Below, one piece after another: positions 11,693-24,194 of a stretch of DNA of 64,000 bases. The DNA is from Schizochytrium sp. TIO01 (lineage: Eukaryota; Protista; Bigyra: Labyrinthulomycetes). Under the pieces are notes generated by a model, which saw nothing but the letters and a program-made list of their open reading frames with translations, was not told the origin of the DNA and made no database searches. Position 1 is the stretch's first letter; each line of letters starts with the position of its first letter. The stretch lies in contig SMSO01000032.1 in assembly GCA_004764695.1 (NCBI GenBank), positions 5,612,483 to 5,676,482 on the forward strand, read 5' to 3'. Both the position numbers and the translations under genes were made by a program.

Positions 11693-12553
11693 TTATAGGA
11701 CAACACCAACAAGGCGAGTTTCATCGCCAAAGTCATTGTTATCATTTTGACGACCAAGGTACGGGAACCAATTGCTCTGAGGGCTCAGATAGCTAAAGTC
11801 CACGCCAGCAGGATACCACGGGTTTTTCTTAATATCCTTGGCACGCTGCCTCTCATAAGATTTACGGGCCTTGGCCAAGGACTTGGATTCTCTCTTGGCG
11901 GCCTTTTCAGCCTCCTTTTCAGCAAGCTTTTCCGGGTCCATGGGTTTGCGCAAAGAAAGGCGCTTGCTTGACATACTGATACGGCGCTGCAAAGAAGATC
12001 TCTTCTCTAGTTCTTCGGCGGCATCTCGTCGAGAGGCTGTCGAGCTTCTTCCGCCCACAAGTTTATTAAGACCAGTACTAAGACGGCGTGATAAGGCCAG
12101 CTTAGAGCGCTGAGATTTTGTGCGAGTTACCTTTTCACCAGGCCGAGGCAAGTTATACTCATCGTAATCAGCGTCATCAGCTTCCATTAGGTGTTCCTCA
12201 TCGGGATTGACTTCGCCATGAGCGATGTCATCTTCGGCGTCCGGATCAAATACATCTTCAAAGTCTGCTTTGCTAGCCCTACTGACTTTGCTAGCTTTGC
12301 TGACCATGCTGGCTACGCTACGTGTGGGGCTGTTGTCGGAATGTTGGGAGATCCCGCTCATTGAGCGCCTAGACAAGCTTCGCCGAGATCCGCGTTTGGA
12401 GGCCCAATCTGAAGGCAGAGCTGGGGTTGTAAAGCCATCAGGAACTACAGGACGGGGCTCCTGCTCTGTGGCTTCAGACATGCGGCGAGCACGTTCGATC
12501 CGTTCCTTTTCTTCACGTTTGGCCTTCCTGCTAGCGAAAATACTGCGACGCAT
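11693..12553 (-). CDS. Hypothetical low-complexity Ser/Arg/Lys-rich protein
   Basis: 286-aa ATG-initiated ORF with charged, disordered composition, many RRxS motifs and an aromatic C-terminal segment. No recognised domain. Confidence 0.7.
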   Translation of the reverse strand: MRRSIFASRKAKREEKERIERARRMSEATEQEPRPVVPDGFTTPALPSDWASKRGSRRSLSRRSMSGISQHSDNSPTRSVASMVSKASKVSRASKADFEDVFDPDAEDDIAHGEVNPDEEHLMEADDADYDEYNLPRPGEKVTRTKSQRSKLALSRRLSTGLNKLVGGRSSTASRRDAAEELEKRSSLQRRISMSSKRLSLRKPMDPEKLAEKEAEKAAKRESKSLAKARKSYERQRAKDIKKNPWYPAGVDFSYLSPQSNWFPYLGRQNDNNDFGDETRLVGVVL

Positions 12554-13681
12554 AGTGAGTTGAGATTATGATAAGGTTTCGTCAATAGAAACAGAACCAG
12601 TGAACAAAATACTCTAGTATGCGAGAATTCAAGAATGAGTCTTAATGTGGCGTTAATGTGAGAGACGTACGCCCGCAATTGATCAGGATAACGTAATACA
12701 ACTCGAACCGAAATGGAGGAGTTACTTGACGTAGCTCGCCGGTTGATATATACTACTGCGAGATGGGTTTCTGTTTCAATTTGATAAGCGAGGAGACCTC
12801 GTTTGTGCCTTACTTTCACCAATATAGGATAAAGTTGTTTCGCCTTTAATTGACAGGCAAAATTAGATGAATAACACGTTCACACAAAAATAGTATGAGA
12901 GTCCACTTAAGTTTCGTCCCAATCACTAGCTCCTGTCTACTCGACAGGTTTACTCACCAGCCTGCTTTGTTCCCACCACGCTTACCTAAGCCTGCGAGAA
13001 CTTGAACGAAAAGTCTCGAAGAAGTTTGGACGCAAAAGTACGATAGTGAAAATAGTCCCGATCAACGATGGCGGCACGCGCCGGAGTTATGGATCCTTGA
13101 ACAGGCGCACGCGTGAGCAAGCGTTGAAGCCTTGTCTAGCTGCGTGTATCAACGTGGGTGGGATCGTATGGTATGGCTCAATCGATTGTAGGTGTGCTTG
13201 AGAAAATGAGTCGTGCAGCGAGAAGGTCCCTACGGTATGGAAGCGAGGATGGACGACGTGCAAAGGAATGAATGAACGAATCGAATCGAATGGCGCACCT
13301 CAAAACGCGCTGGAAAAGACTTTCCTTACACGAGATAAAATACCAGGCAAAACCAGTGAGAAGTAGCGAGGGAGGAGTGAACGCGAGGTCCAGGACTGCT
13401 ATGCAAAGAGTTCGCAGCTATGACAACGCTCCGCCAAGGGGCTTGCTCGCGCACACAGCAGCGATTCGCTATTGCTTTCTCCAAGCAGGACTAATCGAAT
13501 ACGAGTAAAAAGAAAAAGTGAAGGAAGAGAAGAAGAGAGAAGAAGGGAATTAGAGAAAGAAACAAAGAAATAATCAAAGCAAGAGAAAAGGGGGGAGCGC
13601 CAACCAAGGCAGAAGAGAGATTTGTTGCGGGCGTCCTCGAAAGAGAGTCTGAATAGCGAGGTGTAAACCCAATTGTCTAAC

Positions 13682-13706
13682 TGCTTGCTTGCTTGCTTGC
13701 TTGCTT
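13682..13706. repeat. (TGCT)n microsatellite
   Basis: Seen directly in the sequence. Confidence 0.9.
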
Positions 13707-16700
13707 GAAGAAAGAGTCGATGTATGTTTGCTGTATCTCCTTTCAATCATACGATCGTAGTGGAGAAAAACTTGTTTGTGTATCGATGATATGTGTACCT
13801 AGTATGTATATTGATTAATTTTCACTTTCTAGCATTCCAGTTTGTTACCTTGCACTGCTATTAGTTAACTCTATGTGCTGTGTAGGCTGTTATGTTGGCC
13901 TTCTTTCTTTTTCTTTTTCTTTTTCTTTTTTTTTTCTTTTCACACCGGTGTAACACTTCCTCACTAACCTATAGGACTCCCTCCCTCTTATTCAAGTTGA
14001 TTTTGAAAAGCAATTGATGATTTGACTCGGTGCTTGACGATTTTATTGATTGATTGATCGATTGATTGAGAGGGATGATTGATGGAGTGTGTGAGGAGTC
14101 TGCACTGAGTGAGTGAGTGAATAAATCAGCGAAAGCAGGAGCAGACGACATACAGGTAGCACTACCTAGTTATTATCTAGATTTTAAAAAGTTAAAAGAA
14201 TAAAAGACACAGTAGCTATATGGTAGAAAATCAAAGAGGGCAATCAATTCATGACTCTGATGATATTGCAGGACGTTTGGTGAAGAAACCTCGGACTGAT
14301 GGTTGCTTGGATTCCTGCCTTCAAAGGCTTGCACACAGCCCCGATAGGCCCTCGTTGGCTCCTGGTGACATAAGCAGAGGTCTTGTCGTGGTCCAAAGAT
14401 CTACTCAACTCTCTGTGAACGTGCTCGCGATAGGTAGGTAGGTAGCTAGGAGATGCTGGAATCTTATTCTTTTGTTCATGGTGATGATAACCAATACCGC
14501 ACGACGATGCTCTTTTCCAAAATGCAATTTGGTAACGCTGCTACAGGCACATGACTCGGAAGTGGTGAACAATGATTATCAATCAAACAAAGAAATAGCT
14601 CGGAAGAAAAGGACGAAAAACACACATCATTTGAGTGCAAAGTTCTACTGGGAGCAGTCGAGACAGTGCCAGCGGGCACGAAGTGAGATGTGCCGATCTG
14701 CAACAAAAGACCCAGAGGTAAAGGGCCTCAGTAGGTGCATATGATGGCCTCATAGTAACCGAATCAGCGTATAGCGGTGGGGTGGTCACCCAATGAAACC
14801 AAGAACCGTCAAGATTGTCATCATAAAGAGAAGCAGAACTTGAAGGAAGAGCAGTCATCAGAATCTGCACGTGCAAATTATATAATTTCTATTAAATTAA
14901 ATACATATATTTTTTAATTTTAAAAAAATAATAAAAACCTATCTTGAAACAGTATACCCGTCTGTTTCAATATTTTGCATTCCCAAATAGCTTGAATAAA
15001 ATGGGCGTGGGACTCGAATGTGTATAAACCTCACGAATATCCGCATACATGTCATTTACATGGTGGCTTGACAATGCTTTCTTATTTATGCCTCCTACGT
15101 GGTGCCCTGCAACTCCAAGTTAGTCTTGAAACGGCGAAGACACCAACACATACAGCTAAACCGCGGGGAAAGCAACAGCTTGATGTGTAAATCCAGCAAC
15201 CAAAATGATGTTTCAATCTAAAGACTTACTGTATATATTTTAGAGATTTAGCGATTCAACCCATGCGTTGCTATCAGATCGTCCAATAATGCATGTGAAC
15301 GTTTTAGAAAAAAATGTCCTCTTTTGAATTGACCTGTAAGGGCGCGAGAGTGTTGATGTGAGGGGACTTTTGTAATTAATTTCCCAGTGGTAGTAAGAGG
15401 GTCAACATTTTCAGTGACAGTGGTGGCAGTGCAGAAAATAATCCAGTTGCCTGTTTGTTAGTTCTTATGGTTAGCAACACTATTGACCAGTGCCTAGAGA
15501 CGCTATTATTTGTAGAGATAGAAAGTAAAAATATTTGAGTTCCTAAGTACTATCATACTAGTAGTAGTAAATTTTAGTTTTTTATTATTAAAAAAAAGGC
15601 AGAAAAAAGCAAAAAAACCAATGAAAAAACACATACTATGAAGTACTAGGTACCTACTACTAGGTGCTGGAAGAGAAGTCAGTGCCTTAGTATAAAATTT
15701 ATAACTTCGCTCATGCACAACAGTTGGTTTGTGAAACTTGCTTCAATTACCGCTTACACTCTCCCCTCTGGGTGCTCTTGCTGTGCAAAGTCAGCTGCCA
15801 GAGAGAAAGGTCGGCGAGGAAATCCCCAATGTGTCAGCAATATTGCCGCGTTGTAGGTAATGTGCTGTTTCCTCACTGGTAGCCCTCTCTGCCGAATTGA
15901 TTATCAATATTTCGACTAGCACGTCTGCACATCGGGCGAGGAAATGGTCAAACCCGATACACATCTTTCATTTGTTTGCTTTCGCGTTTAAATATAGCTG
16001 TTTCAAAATAGCACTGGCACGCCTCACTTGACGAGTGTCATCATCATTCGAAGACCACGTAATCCATACGACGACACCAACATCGATGATGGCAGTGTGG
16101 CTATTCAAGATTGCCTTTGTCGCCCTCTGAGGGTTTTCACTCAAACTGATCTACCAGACTGTCGTCACTCCAGAACTTTGTGATACTCAAATATCGTGCC
16201 CATGCCTTTAGGAAAGACCATCACTGTTGTGGCACGACCTCTTCAAATATCTAAAGCTCTGCTCGCATCTTAACAGGAGCATGTTTATTTTCAGTGCGAG
16301 TAGGGCAGAGTTACGATTTTCTCTGATTTGAGCCATCGATTCTTTCATTCTCATTTTATGATTTTTTCTACTACGATTTCTCCGAATCAGAAGAATTGTT
16401 ACAAAGACTACCGAACGTACCCCTTAATCAGTATTTATCCTATCACCCGACTTTATTTCTATTTTCCTTCTGTGTTCAGCATCGTGCCTTGCTGCATCGC
16501 ACAATACTCTTTGTTCATTTATTCCGAGCCATTTGAGTGACGGTTGGCTTGAAATCCTCGTTCGTCATGTATGAGCCATCAAGATACAAACTGTTCCAAT
16601 CAACATAACTCCTCTATGAATTGCATGTCAAGGGACCTACCTGTAAAGAACAACGGCACAATAAGAATGGCTCAAAACTATATTTTTTTACTGATAGCAT

Positions 16701-19419
16701 CACCAAAAACCCCATCCTCGCTAGAATGGGTAGTACGCATCTATTCTCTGCTCAGACTGCTAAGATTCATCGTCACCACGAAAGGGACCGCTCGGGGTCT
16801 TCCAGGCCACGTGCGAGCTGAGGGAGCTCTAAAAATTGTCTATATCTAGAGAAACTCCGCTCATAGTTGCAGGCACCTTGCTCACTGCGATGCTGCAAAG
16901 GCGAATGCACATGCAGACAAAAGGGAAAAGGGAAACACGCAGCTCAAACCTGCTCAGCAGAGTGGTCATCACGAGAGGAGATGCTGCACTACCTACTACT
17001 GCCTACCTAGAGGTGCTCACTCTATCGGAGGTAGGTAGGTAGCTAGCTACCTAGGCCTTGCTCCAACGACAAAGAGTTTCATGATACCCCTTCAAGTGTG
17101 TCCTGGCGCATGCCTATCAGGGTAATGTAGCCTGATGTGAATGATGGCCACGTGCAGGGTAAGGGCAATCAAGATACTCTTTGCATCTGAACCAGCATGC
17201 CTCTTGGTAAAGGTGTGCACAAGTTGCTAAAAGTTTACTAATGATCAATATAATATAAGGTTGGTAGAAAGGTCACTCTAGACCCTTTTAAAATAAAATA
17301 AAATTAAAATTAATAATTTAATTTAAAAAGAAAGAAATAGGCCTAGTTAGTGCACCTCGCTACTTCTTCTTTCCAAAGGTAATTTTAGAACATAATAATC
17401 TTTAATATTTTATAAAAATTAAAAAGGCCTCAAACCATTCAACTCTACGCACATCCACCATGACCACAACAGTATTCAATTGCCTCCTTTGTCCCTGTTT
17501 GGAACAATATTCATCTAGCTCGGGACAGGTGAGCTAGATCACAACGATTTAGGGAATGCCATGCTCGCGATAGTACTTTGACAAATATTTGACTCTGCCT
17601 TTTTTCCTTTTTTGAATTAAAAATGTCCATATCTTCAATCGCTCCGCATTCCTGATCCTTGACAGTTCAAGTTTGAGGTTCCTGAGAATACTACTGGGTA
17701 GCTACATAGTAGCTAAATAGCTTGATAAGACATAATCATACAATTTCTAGCCTGAGGCTCGAAAAAGAAAAGTTCTCTTCAAGAAGAAGATACCTCTGTG
17801 ACTACTTTTTAGAGTTGAATTGTTGCTCGTTCCCTGGTAAGAAGAAGGGAGATTTTACTTATCAGAGTATTGGCACAAGCTCCTTTTCAATCTTAGTAAA
17901 TGGAGTTGCGGCATTATAACATACGAACAAGAATATTATATTTTTAATTGAAGCCTCGGCGTCCTGAATCGCATATCATCAGCCGAGGTCGCAAGCAAAA
18001 AGGTAGTTTGTACCTAGGCAGCAGGGCACAAGCCAAGCTCGTTTGCTGGGACTGTTAGGAAGAAACGGCTTTCAGTCATCTTTGGAACGGAAGCTGGAGG
18101 GCCACGACGCATTTCATAAATGGCATCATTACCTAGCTAGCACCGTGGCCTAGCCTAGTTGATATCTACGACTAATATAGTAGTAGTAGAAATGGGAGTT
18201 GGTGTTGGACCTAGAGGCTTTTATCTAGTGTGTATCACGTAGGCTTACACTTGCCTGCGCAGCGCACACCTATCATGTCATGCAAGGTTTAAAATCGAGA
18301 AAGACATTTAACCTGAACAACAGCATGATGTCAGAAACCCTCGTTTCGTGAGAAAATGAATTATTCTAGTCTGGCCAAATATCTAGTGTCGCTTGTAGCT
18401 TGATCTCTCGAGTAAAAACTAAAAGTTCCGAGTCTGTTTGCTACTCATTAATCATGGAGACATCGGTCGATCAATCGATCCATCAACCAAATACCAAGTT
18501 GAGCAGGAGCTATTCATCACAGTGGTTTGAGTTTATATATCCTCGTGCTTCCAGTAGGTGAGTAATTCCTCAAGTTGGCTCATAACGATACAGATTAGTT
18601 TTGAAGGTTGCGCCCGTTTGAAGCTTGAACTTGGGAAAAAAGCTTTCATTCAAGTTTGGCAGATCTCACCTGAAGCAGGTGATGTATGTTTGTCGACTTT
18701 TGGGTAAGTAAGGGTACGTCGTTGTAGGTTCTTAAATGTCGTGTGTACTCAACTCTCCGCTATCATGATGTCATGCCTACCTACCTAAGGTAGAAAGAAG
18801 CAAACAAGCTATCTAGGTGGGTCTTTCACTTCAAGCCCAAAAAACACGGGTTCTACCTACTTCTAGTGGTGGATTTGTATTTATATTTCCTGGCTGTAAC
18901 TATTATTCGTACTGAGGGTTAGGTACTTAATTTTAACCACTCTTCAAATATCAGAATCAAGAGAGCACTCTGCGGACAGATATTTCACTTTGTGTATCTG
19001 GTGTGAATGCAAGTTTTATGATATAATTGTAAGCCGAATATGGAAAGAAAATCAAGGATAACTAATGATTTGATTTGACCTGAGTTCTCACATAAGTAAT
19101 AGGTGTAGCATCTGACCTGAGCAAGATTAGGAGCAAGAAGGTTCTGATAAATATTACATGTCAATAGGAGAACGCTCTAAATTGTTAACGTTTCATTTGA
19201 AGGGCAGTCCGGACATTAGTCTGAGCATGGATACCATGATAATCATCGTTGTTTTTCGTTTATAATTGGAAAAGACTATGTTAAATTCTTACGAATATAG
19301 TTCTTGACTTTAAGCGTCATATGATCCTTGGCACCAACCTTTTCATAACTACAAATAGTCCTCACAAGATTGTCAAGGACAGAAATAACGCGACCGAGCA
19401 CGGGAGTAGAAACTCAATC

Positions 19420-21453
19420 TTAAGCGCGACGCGTAGAAAAGAAGTAGGAAGCTGGCTTACGTTGAAAGATCTTGTCGCGAGCAAGCCTGATAGCAGCTGT
19501 GAAATCTTCATCGAAAGTGTAGTCAAAGTTCCCTTCATCAGTACGTGCTGAGCACCGCAGAGGTTGCTGGACGAAATGATACAAATCTGCGCTTGACGCA
19601 AGGGTGTTGCCAGTAGCGATATTACTGTAAACTCCACAAGTCACTTCGATAATAATTGTGCCTGGGCGAACAAACATTATATTACCGAATTGACCGCCAT
19701 GGGGCATGAGGATAATATCAGCTTCGTGGAACGCATGAGCTTGCTCCTCAGGTGTCAGTTTCGCAAAGTCTGGCACAGCGGTGATATCAACAAAGGGAAG
19801 TTTTTCCTTAGCCACCTCCAGGAAAGACTCAATATTCTCAAAGTCACGACGTCTCCCCTTTTCACCCTTGGTATGATGAGCATACATGAGCATTCTATAA
19901 CGCTGTTTAGATGTCTCAGAAGCGGGCATCGAAGATCCACTGACCACTGAATGAAGCATTTCAGCAAAGCGTTCATTCTCGGGTTGGGCACGATTCGGGA
20001 GAGGCAAACCGTATGTATCTCGCATACGCTGCTGCACCCATTTGATAAGAGGGGGTTCTGAATGTGGGTTACGACGATTCCATGCATTAGAAAGTACAAT
20101 TGCGTTTGAAAAGCATGACATTACATTTGAGAAGGTCGGTAAAAGATTGCCCATCTCTTTATCATCTTGAGGCTGGACAATGACTCCTAAATGACGCAAG
20201 ACATTACAAAGCCAGATGGACTCCTCACACATTGTTGTCTGGTGAGAAATAATATAGTCAAAATATTTCACACCATGTGTCTCTTGGGCCATCAAGATGG
20301 GAACAATGTTAAAAAAGGTGTCCCAAAGTTGGTGACCTGGATTTCCCTTCACATAGTTAAGAATCAGGACCGGTTTTGTGTAGTAAATTGCAGCGCGTAG
20401 ATCTTCACCAAGGTTACGAGCCCCAGGCGCTTGTCTCTGTCCAAATGCCTCGATCTTTGAGGCATGCTTGTCTGAGCATGTTTGGAAGTCCTTTAGTGAC
20501 TGTGCATTGATTTGGTGCATCCACATCATACCACAGGGGGTTGTGCTCCACTCAGAGTTAATTTGGGGATTTTGACAAGGTACACAACGCTGATCTTTGG
20601 TGTTCGAGGGGTCAAAGTAAACTAGACCCCGTTGCGCACGTTTATTGAGTGAGTCCTGGTTATATGTCACACAAACGTCATGAAAGGAGTAGGCTGAAGG
20701 GTTATCAAACCCCTCAGATTTTTTAAAGCCTGGTTGGCTCATCTCGTTGATAAGTTCTTGCCGACTAAAGCGTGGGTACGCCGGCAGAAATGCCTGGGGA
20801 TCCCATGAGCACAGGGTTTCGTGCTCTGGGCTAAGCAGCATCGCATCATTTTTCATTCCATGCAAATGGTTAGCAACATCCGCTGCAACCGTAGGTGGCA
20901 AGACACTCAGTTTGACATCGAGACTCGGCGCTGGATTAGTTTCATCCAAGAGGCGGGGACCTCGGCCTGTGCAGCCCCCAGGGTTCTGCAGAACCTCTCC
21001 AGAAAGCTTCGTTCTTGTCTTGTCAGACAAGACGTCAATATAACCTTTAGCTACGGCTACAGGATTTGAAGCACCAAGAATCAGAGGGTGATCAAGATAG
21101 TTTTTGAAGATATTACCCACATCAAATCCGCTCAAAGCAGACATCTCCGATAGAGACCGATCGGTTTTTACCATTTTGGATCTGGCATAAGGCTCGAGTG
21201 CGAGGTCAACGTTCTCCAGAGCCAAGCCATCATGACGGAGCTGCTTTGAATATTTGAAGGGATTCACCGCTGTGTAGATGAAAACAAGCACTAGAGCCGC
21301 CGCAATACTAGCTACAACGCGTTTCCTCGAATTGCCCTTGTAGAGTCCTCGGCTCTGGTCAGCATCTGCCTGGTTCAGAGGGTAGTCTCTGCCTGAACCG
21401 CGCGCATTCTGCGAATACCTTGAGCGGCGATTCGTGGGGGGTTTCCCAATCAT
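19420..21453 (-). CDS. Glycosyltransferase family 61-like type II membrane protein
   Basis: 677 aa with an N-terminal cytosolic tail and a single TM (VVASIAAALVLVFIYTAV). NPGHQLWD motif, RR..N motif and C-terminal GT61 signature EQAHAFHEADIILMPHGGQFGNIMFVRPGTIIIE. Confidence 0.8.
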   Translation of the reverse strand: MIGKPPTNRRSRYSQNARGSGRDYPLNQADADQSRGLYKGNSRKRVVASIAAALVLVFIYTAVNPFKYSKQLRHDGLALENVDLALEPYARSKMVKTDRSLSEMSALSGFDVGNIFKNYLDHPLILGASNPVAVAKGYIDVLSDKTRTKLSGEVLQNPGGCTGRGPRLLDETNPAPSLDVKLSVLPPTVAADVANHLHGMKNDAMLLSPEHETLCSWDPQAFLPAYPRFSRQELINEMSQPGFKKSEGFDNPSAYSFHDVCVTYNQDSLNKRAQRGLVYFDPSNTKDQRCVPCQNPQINSEWSTTPCGMMWMHQINAQSLKDFQTCSDKHASKIEAFGQRQAPGARNLGEDLRAAIYYTKPVLILNYVKGNPGHQLWDTFFNIVPILMAQETHGVKYFDYIISHQTTMCEESIWLCNVLRHLGVIVQPQDDKEMGNLLPTFSNVMSCFSNAIVLSNAWNRRNPHSEPPLIKWVQQRMRDTYGLPLPNRAQPENERFAEMLHSVVSGSSMPASETSKQRYRMLMYAHHTKGEKGRRRDFENIESFLEVAKEKLPFVDITAVPDFAKLTPEEQAHAFHEADIILMPHGGQFGNIMFVRPGTIIIEVTCGVYSNIATGNTLASSADLYHFVQQPLRCSARTDEGNFDYTFDEDFTAAIRLARDKIFQRKPASYFFSTRRA

Positions 21454-21677
21454 CGCAGGGTCTAGATCAGCGTCGATTGCCGTAGCCGACTCTGATTTAT
21501 GTTGGTTTGCTTGCCTTTCTAGTTTCGTTTTATTTTGGCATCCAAGTCTTTTCCCTGAGTTGATATAGGAAATCAGATTTTAATTATAATTTTTTCTTTC
21601 CAATTTAAAAAAACGACCAAAGGCCTAAACTATTTCACTCAATGACAGTTTGGACCAGTATAGCCCTAGTTCTTTAA

Positions 21678-21679
21678 AG

Positions 21680-21718
<39 letters not shown>
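21678..21718. repeat. Compound (AGAT)n(AG)n microsatellite
   Basis: Seen directly in the sequence. Confidence 0.9.
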
Positions 21719-22769
21719 TTGATTTTGCTGTTACAATGGCTGCATCCGTCATCATGTGACATTGGATGATCTTTATGCAGCTTCTTTAGCAAAGGCTACA
21801 AAGTCATCTTCTTCATTTGAGGGCTAGCACTACCAGCCTTTCATCAAGCTATCCAACCTGGCAGAAAAATTATATGGAAAAAAGAAAAAAGGAAAAAAAG
21901 AAAAGAGAATTTGAAGAAAAGTTATAGAACCATATTCTTCGCGCTACTTTGTATGATCTGAGGTGGCATAATAGTAGTAGGCGCCCAGCCTTGGAAGCAT
22001 GAAGAGCAATGCAAAAAACAAGTTTGACATGGACATCTTTTATAAAAGTAGACTTAAGTACTCTATCATAAGAAGAACCTATTGAGCTGCTGATCCTCTT
22101 CATTCACATAGATGGGTGTGCAATTAATTTCAAAAGGACTTGCAGGATGGGACAAACGAAAGAGATTATCTGTTAGCCTCCTACCTACCCCGTGCCCGCG
22201 ACTGTTCTCATCACTGTCAAACACACCAGAAACGCAACATTTACGGCACCTTTCCTTCAAATGCTATATGTCCATTGATGATCACTGAGAAAAACGAACG
22301 TAGTGTCATTATGTATCCATTCAACTTTATTTACCGCATGCAATGATTTCAATCGGCACTTATTCTATTGACGTGAAAACCTGCAAAAGAAACTTGCATG
22401 GGGATTCGTCAATAAGGTTGTGATCACCATAGACTATAATGTCCTCTGATTAGATTGGTACGTTTTTAGGGAGATTTTATGCTGACAATTTTGAGATAAG
22501 CAGTTTGTATTAGATTTGAAAATAAATTGTATAGGCAAGTTAATCCTTTACATGAGATCAAGGTTAAGATGGCAATGGCACGCATCAAGCTTTAGTGACG
22601 GCTGGTATCATCCAAGGAATCTAACAGAAAGAGGGTAGTACGTGGTACCTGATAAACATAAAAAGAGAGTTCAAGATAGATGGTTTATAAGATAACAACA
22701 AAGTGTCTACTATGAAGAAGACGCAAAATCGTTGTAGTTGCTGTTTTCGTAGTCTTCGTCAAAAAAAAA

Positions 22770-24194
22770 TTAGTCCTCCTCGTCAGTGTCGCTCTCGCTA
22801 TCAGTATCGTCAGCATCCATGTTGACAGCACCAAAGACGGAGTTGCCAGCAGGGGCGCCAGTACCAGCGTCAGAACCATCCTCGTCATCAGAGCCGTCCT
22901 CGTCAGAGTCCTCATCAGAGCCCTCCTCAACAGAGTCGAGCCACTGGACAATGGGAGCAGCGTTCTTCTTCACAGCTTCCACGGTGGCGTCATCGACAAC
23001 AACACGGACGTGCTTGGGCACGAGGGTGCCGTTAAACCACTTGCGGATAACGTCCTCCTCAACGACCTCCTCGTCGTAGAGGCTCTTGAGTACGAGCGGC
23101 ACAATCTTGAGAGCGGTGGTGCGCTTGGCATCATCCTCAGCACGTGCAACAGACTCCTCGAGGCAGGAGAGCACCTCAAGCTGGAGGGGCTCGGACTGGG
23201 CCAGGAGAGCGAGTCCATCCATGTACTTGGCAATAGCAGTAGGCGGCTGGTCGGCAACCACAGCGTAAAAGTAGATTGCGATGGCATCGATCTTGCGAAG
23301 TCCGCACTTGCTCTGGTAGTTGAGGACTTGCTTGACGACATCGTCGTTGCTGAGGCTCGGGTTCTCGGCCACCGCAGCACGAAGCTTCTCTACAGAGTCC
23401 TCCAACGCGGCGGCATCCGCAATGGTAAGAACCTCAATCTCAGCCACCACACCGTTGACATCAGCCTCATCCTCAGAATCAGAATCAGATTCAACAGCCT
23501 TAGCCTTGGACTTGGATTTGTCCTTCTTCTCCTTCTTCTCCTTCTTTTCCTTCTTTTCCTTCTTTTCCTTCTTCTCCTTCTTTTCCTTCTTTTCCTTCTT
23601 CTCCTTCTTTTCCTTCTTCTCCTTCTTCTCACTGCGCTTGTCGGAGGAGGCAACAGACTCCTTTTCGGAATCGTCACCAGCCTCGCTTCCGCCCTCTTGC
23701 TTCTTCTTCTTGCGGTCCTTCTTACGGGTGGAAGTGTCAGTAGTAGCAGTGGCATCCTTGAGAATGGCAGTACAGAGCTTGTGGGAGTTGTCGGCCTCAC
23801 TGTCTGCGCCGCAGGCAATGCAGTGCAGCCAGATGGTGGCAGACTTCTTCTTGCCCTTGATGAACTGGTTAGTCTCGGGGTTCTGGCACGAGCCACAAAG
23901 CACGAACTTCTGGATGTACTTGAAAAGCATCTCCTGGAGATCCGCGGTCTCGAAGGCGCCGTTAACGATCGCACGGTCAGCCTTCTCCTCGTAGCGGCTC
24001 ATGGCGCCGAGCTCACAGCCAAAGAACTTGGTCACCTGAGCGGTGGGGCGGTGCAGAGCAGTGGCGATGTCGGAACAGTTCACGATCACGGTCTTGATAC
24101 CGTTGCCGCGGCCCTCGATCTTGCCCACGAGCTTGGGCATCTTGTAGCGGTACGAAGGGTCATCGGACCCGTTAATATTGAGCGTGGTGGACAT
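22770..24194 (-). CDS. EIF5: Eukaryotic translation initiation factor 5
   Basis: N-terminal DPSYRYKMP..KIEGRGNGIKT..KFFGCELGA, Zn ribbon CxxC..PET..CxxCG, and a C-terminal W2 domain (LYDEEVVEED..W..PIVQWL). ATG at 24194. Confidence 0.97.
   Translation of the reverse strand: MSTTLNINGSDDPSYRYKMPKLVGKIEGRGNGIKTVIVNCSDIATALHRPTAQVTKFFGCELGAMSRYEEKADRAIVNGAFETADLQEMLFKYIQKFVLCGSCQNPETNQFIKGKKKSATIWLHCIACGADSEADNSHKLCTAILKDATATTDTSTRKKDRKKKKQEGGSEAGDDSEKESVASSDKRSEKKEKKEKKEKKEKKEKKEKKEKKEKKEKKEKKEKKDKSKSKAKAVESDSDSEDEADVNGVVAEIEVLTIADAAALEDSVEKLRAAVAENPSLSNDDVVKQVLNYQSKCGLRKIDAIAIYFYAVVADQPPTAIAKYMDGLALLAQSEPLQLEVLSCLEESVARAEDDAKRTTALKIVPLVLKSLYDEEVVEEDVIRKWFNGTLVPKHVRVVVDDATVEAVKKNAAPIVQWLDSVEEGSDEDSDEDGSDDEDGSDAGTGAPAGNSVFGAVNMDADDTDSESDTDEED
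23523..23630 (-). repeat. 9-bp coding minisatellite encoding (EKK)12 in the eIF5 linker
   Basis: Twelve GAGAAGAAG/GAAAAGAAG units. Confidence 0.9.

Noticed and set aside
17513-17539. Short hairpin ATCTAGCTC...GAGCTAGAT
   Set aside because: A 9-bp stem in CTAG-rich DNA is expected by chance and has no supporting context.
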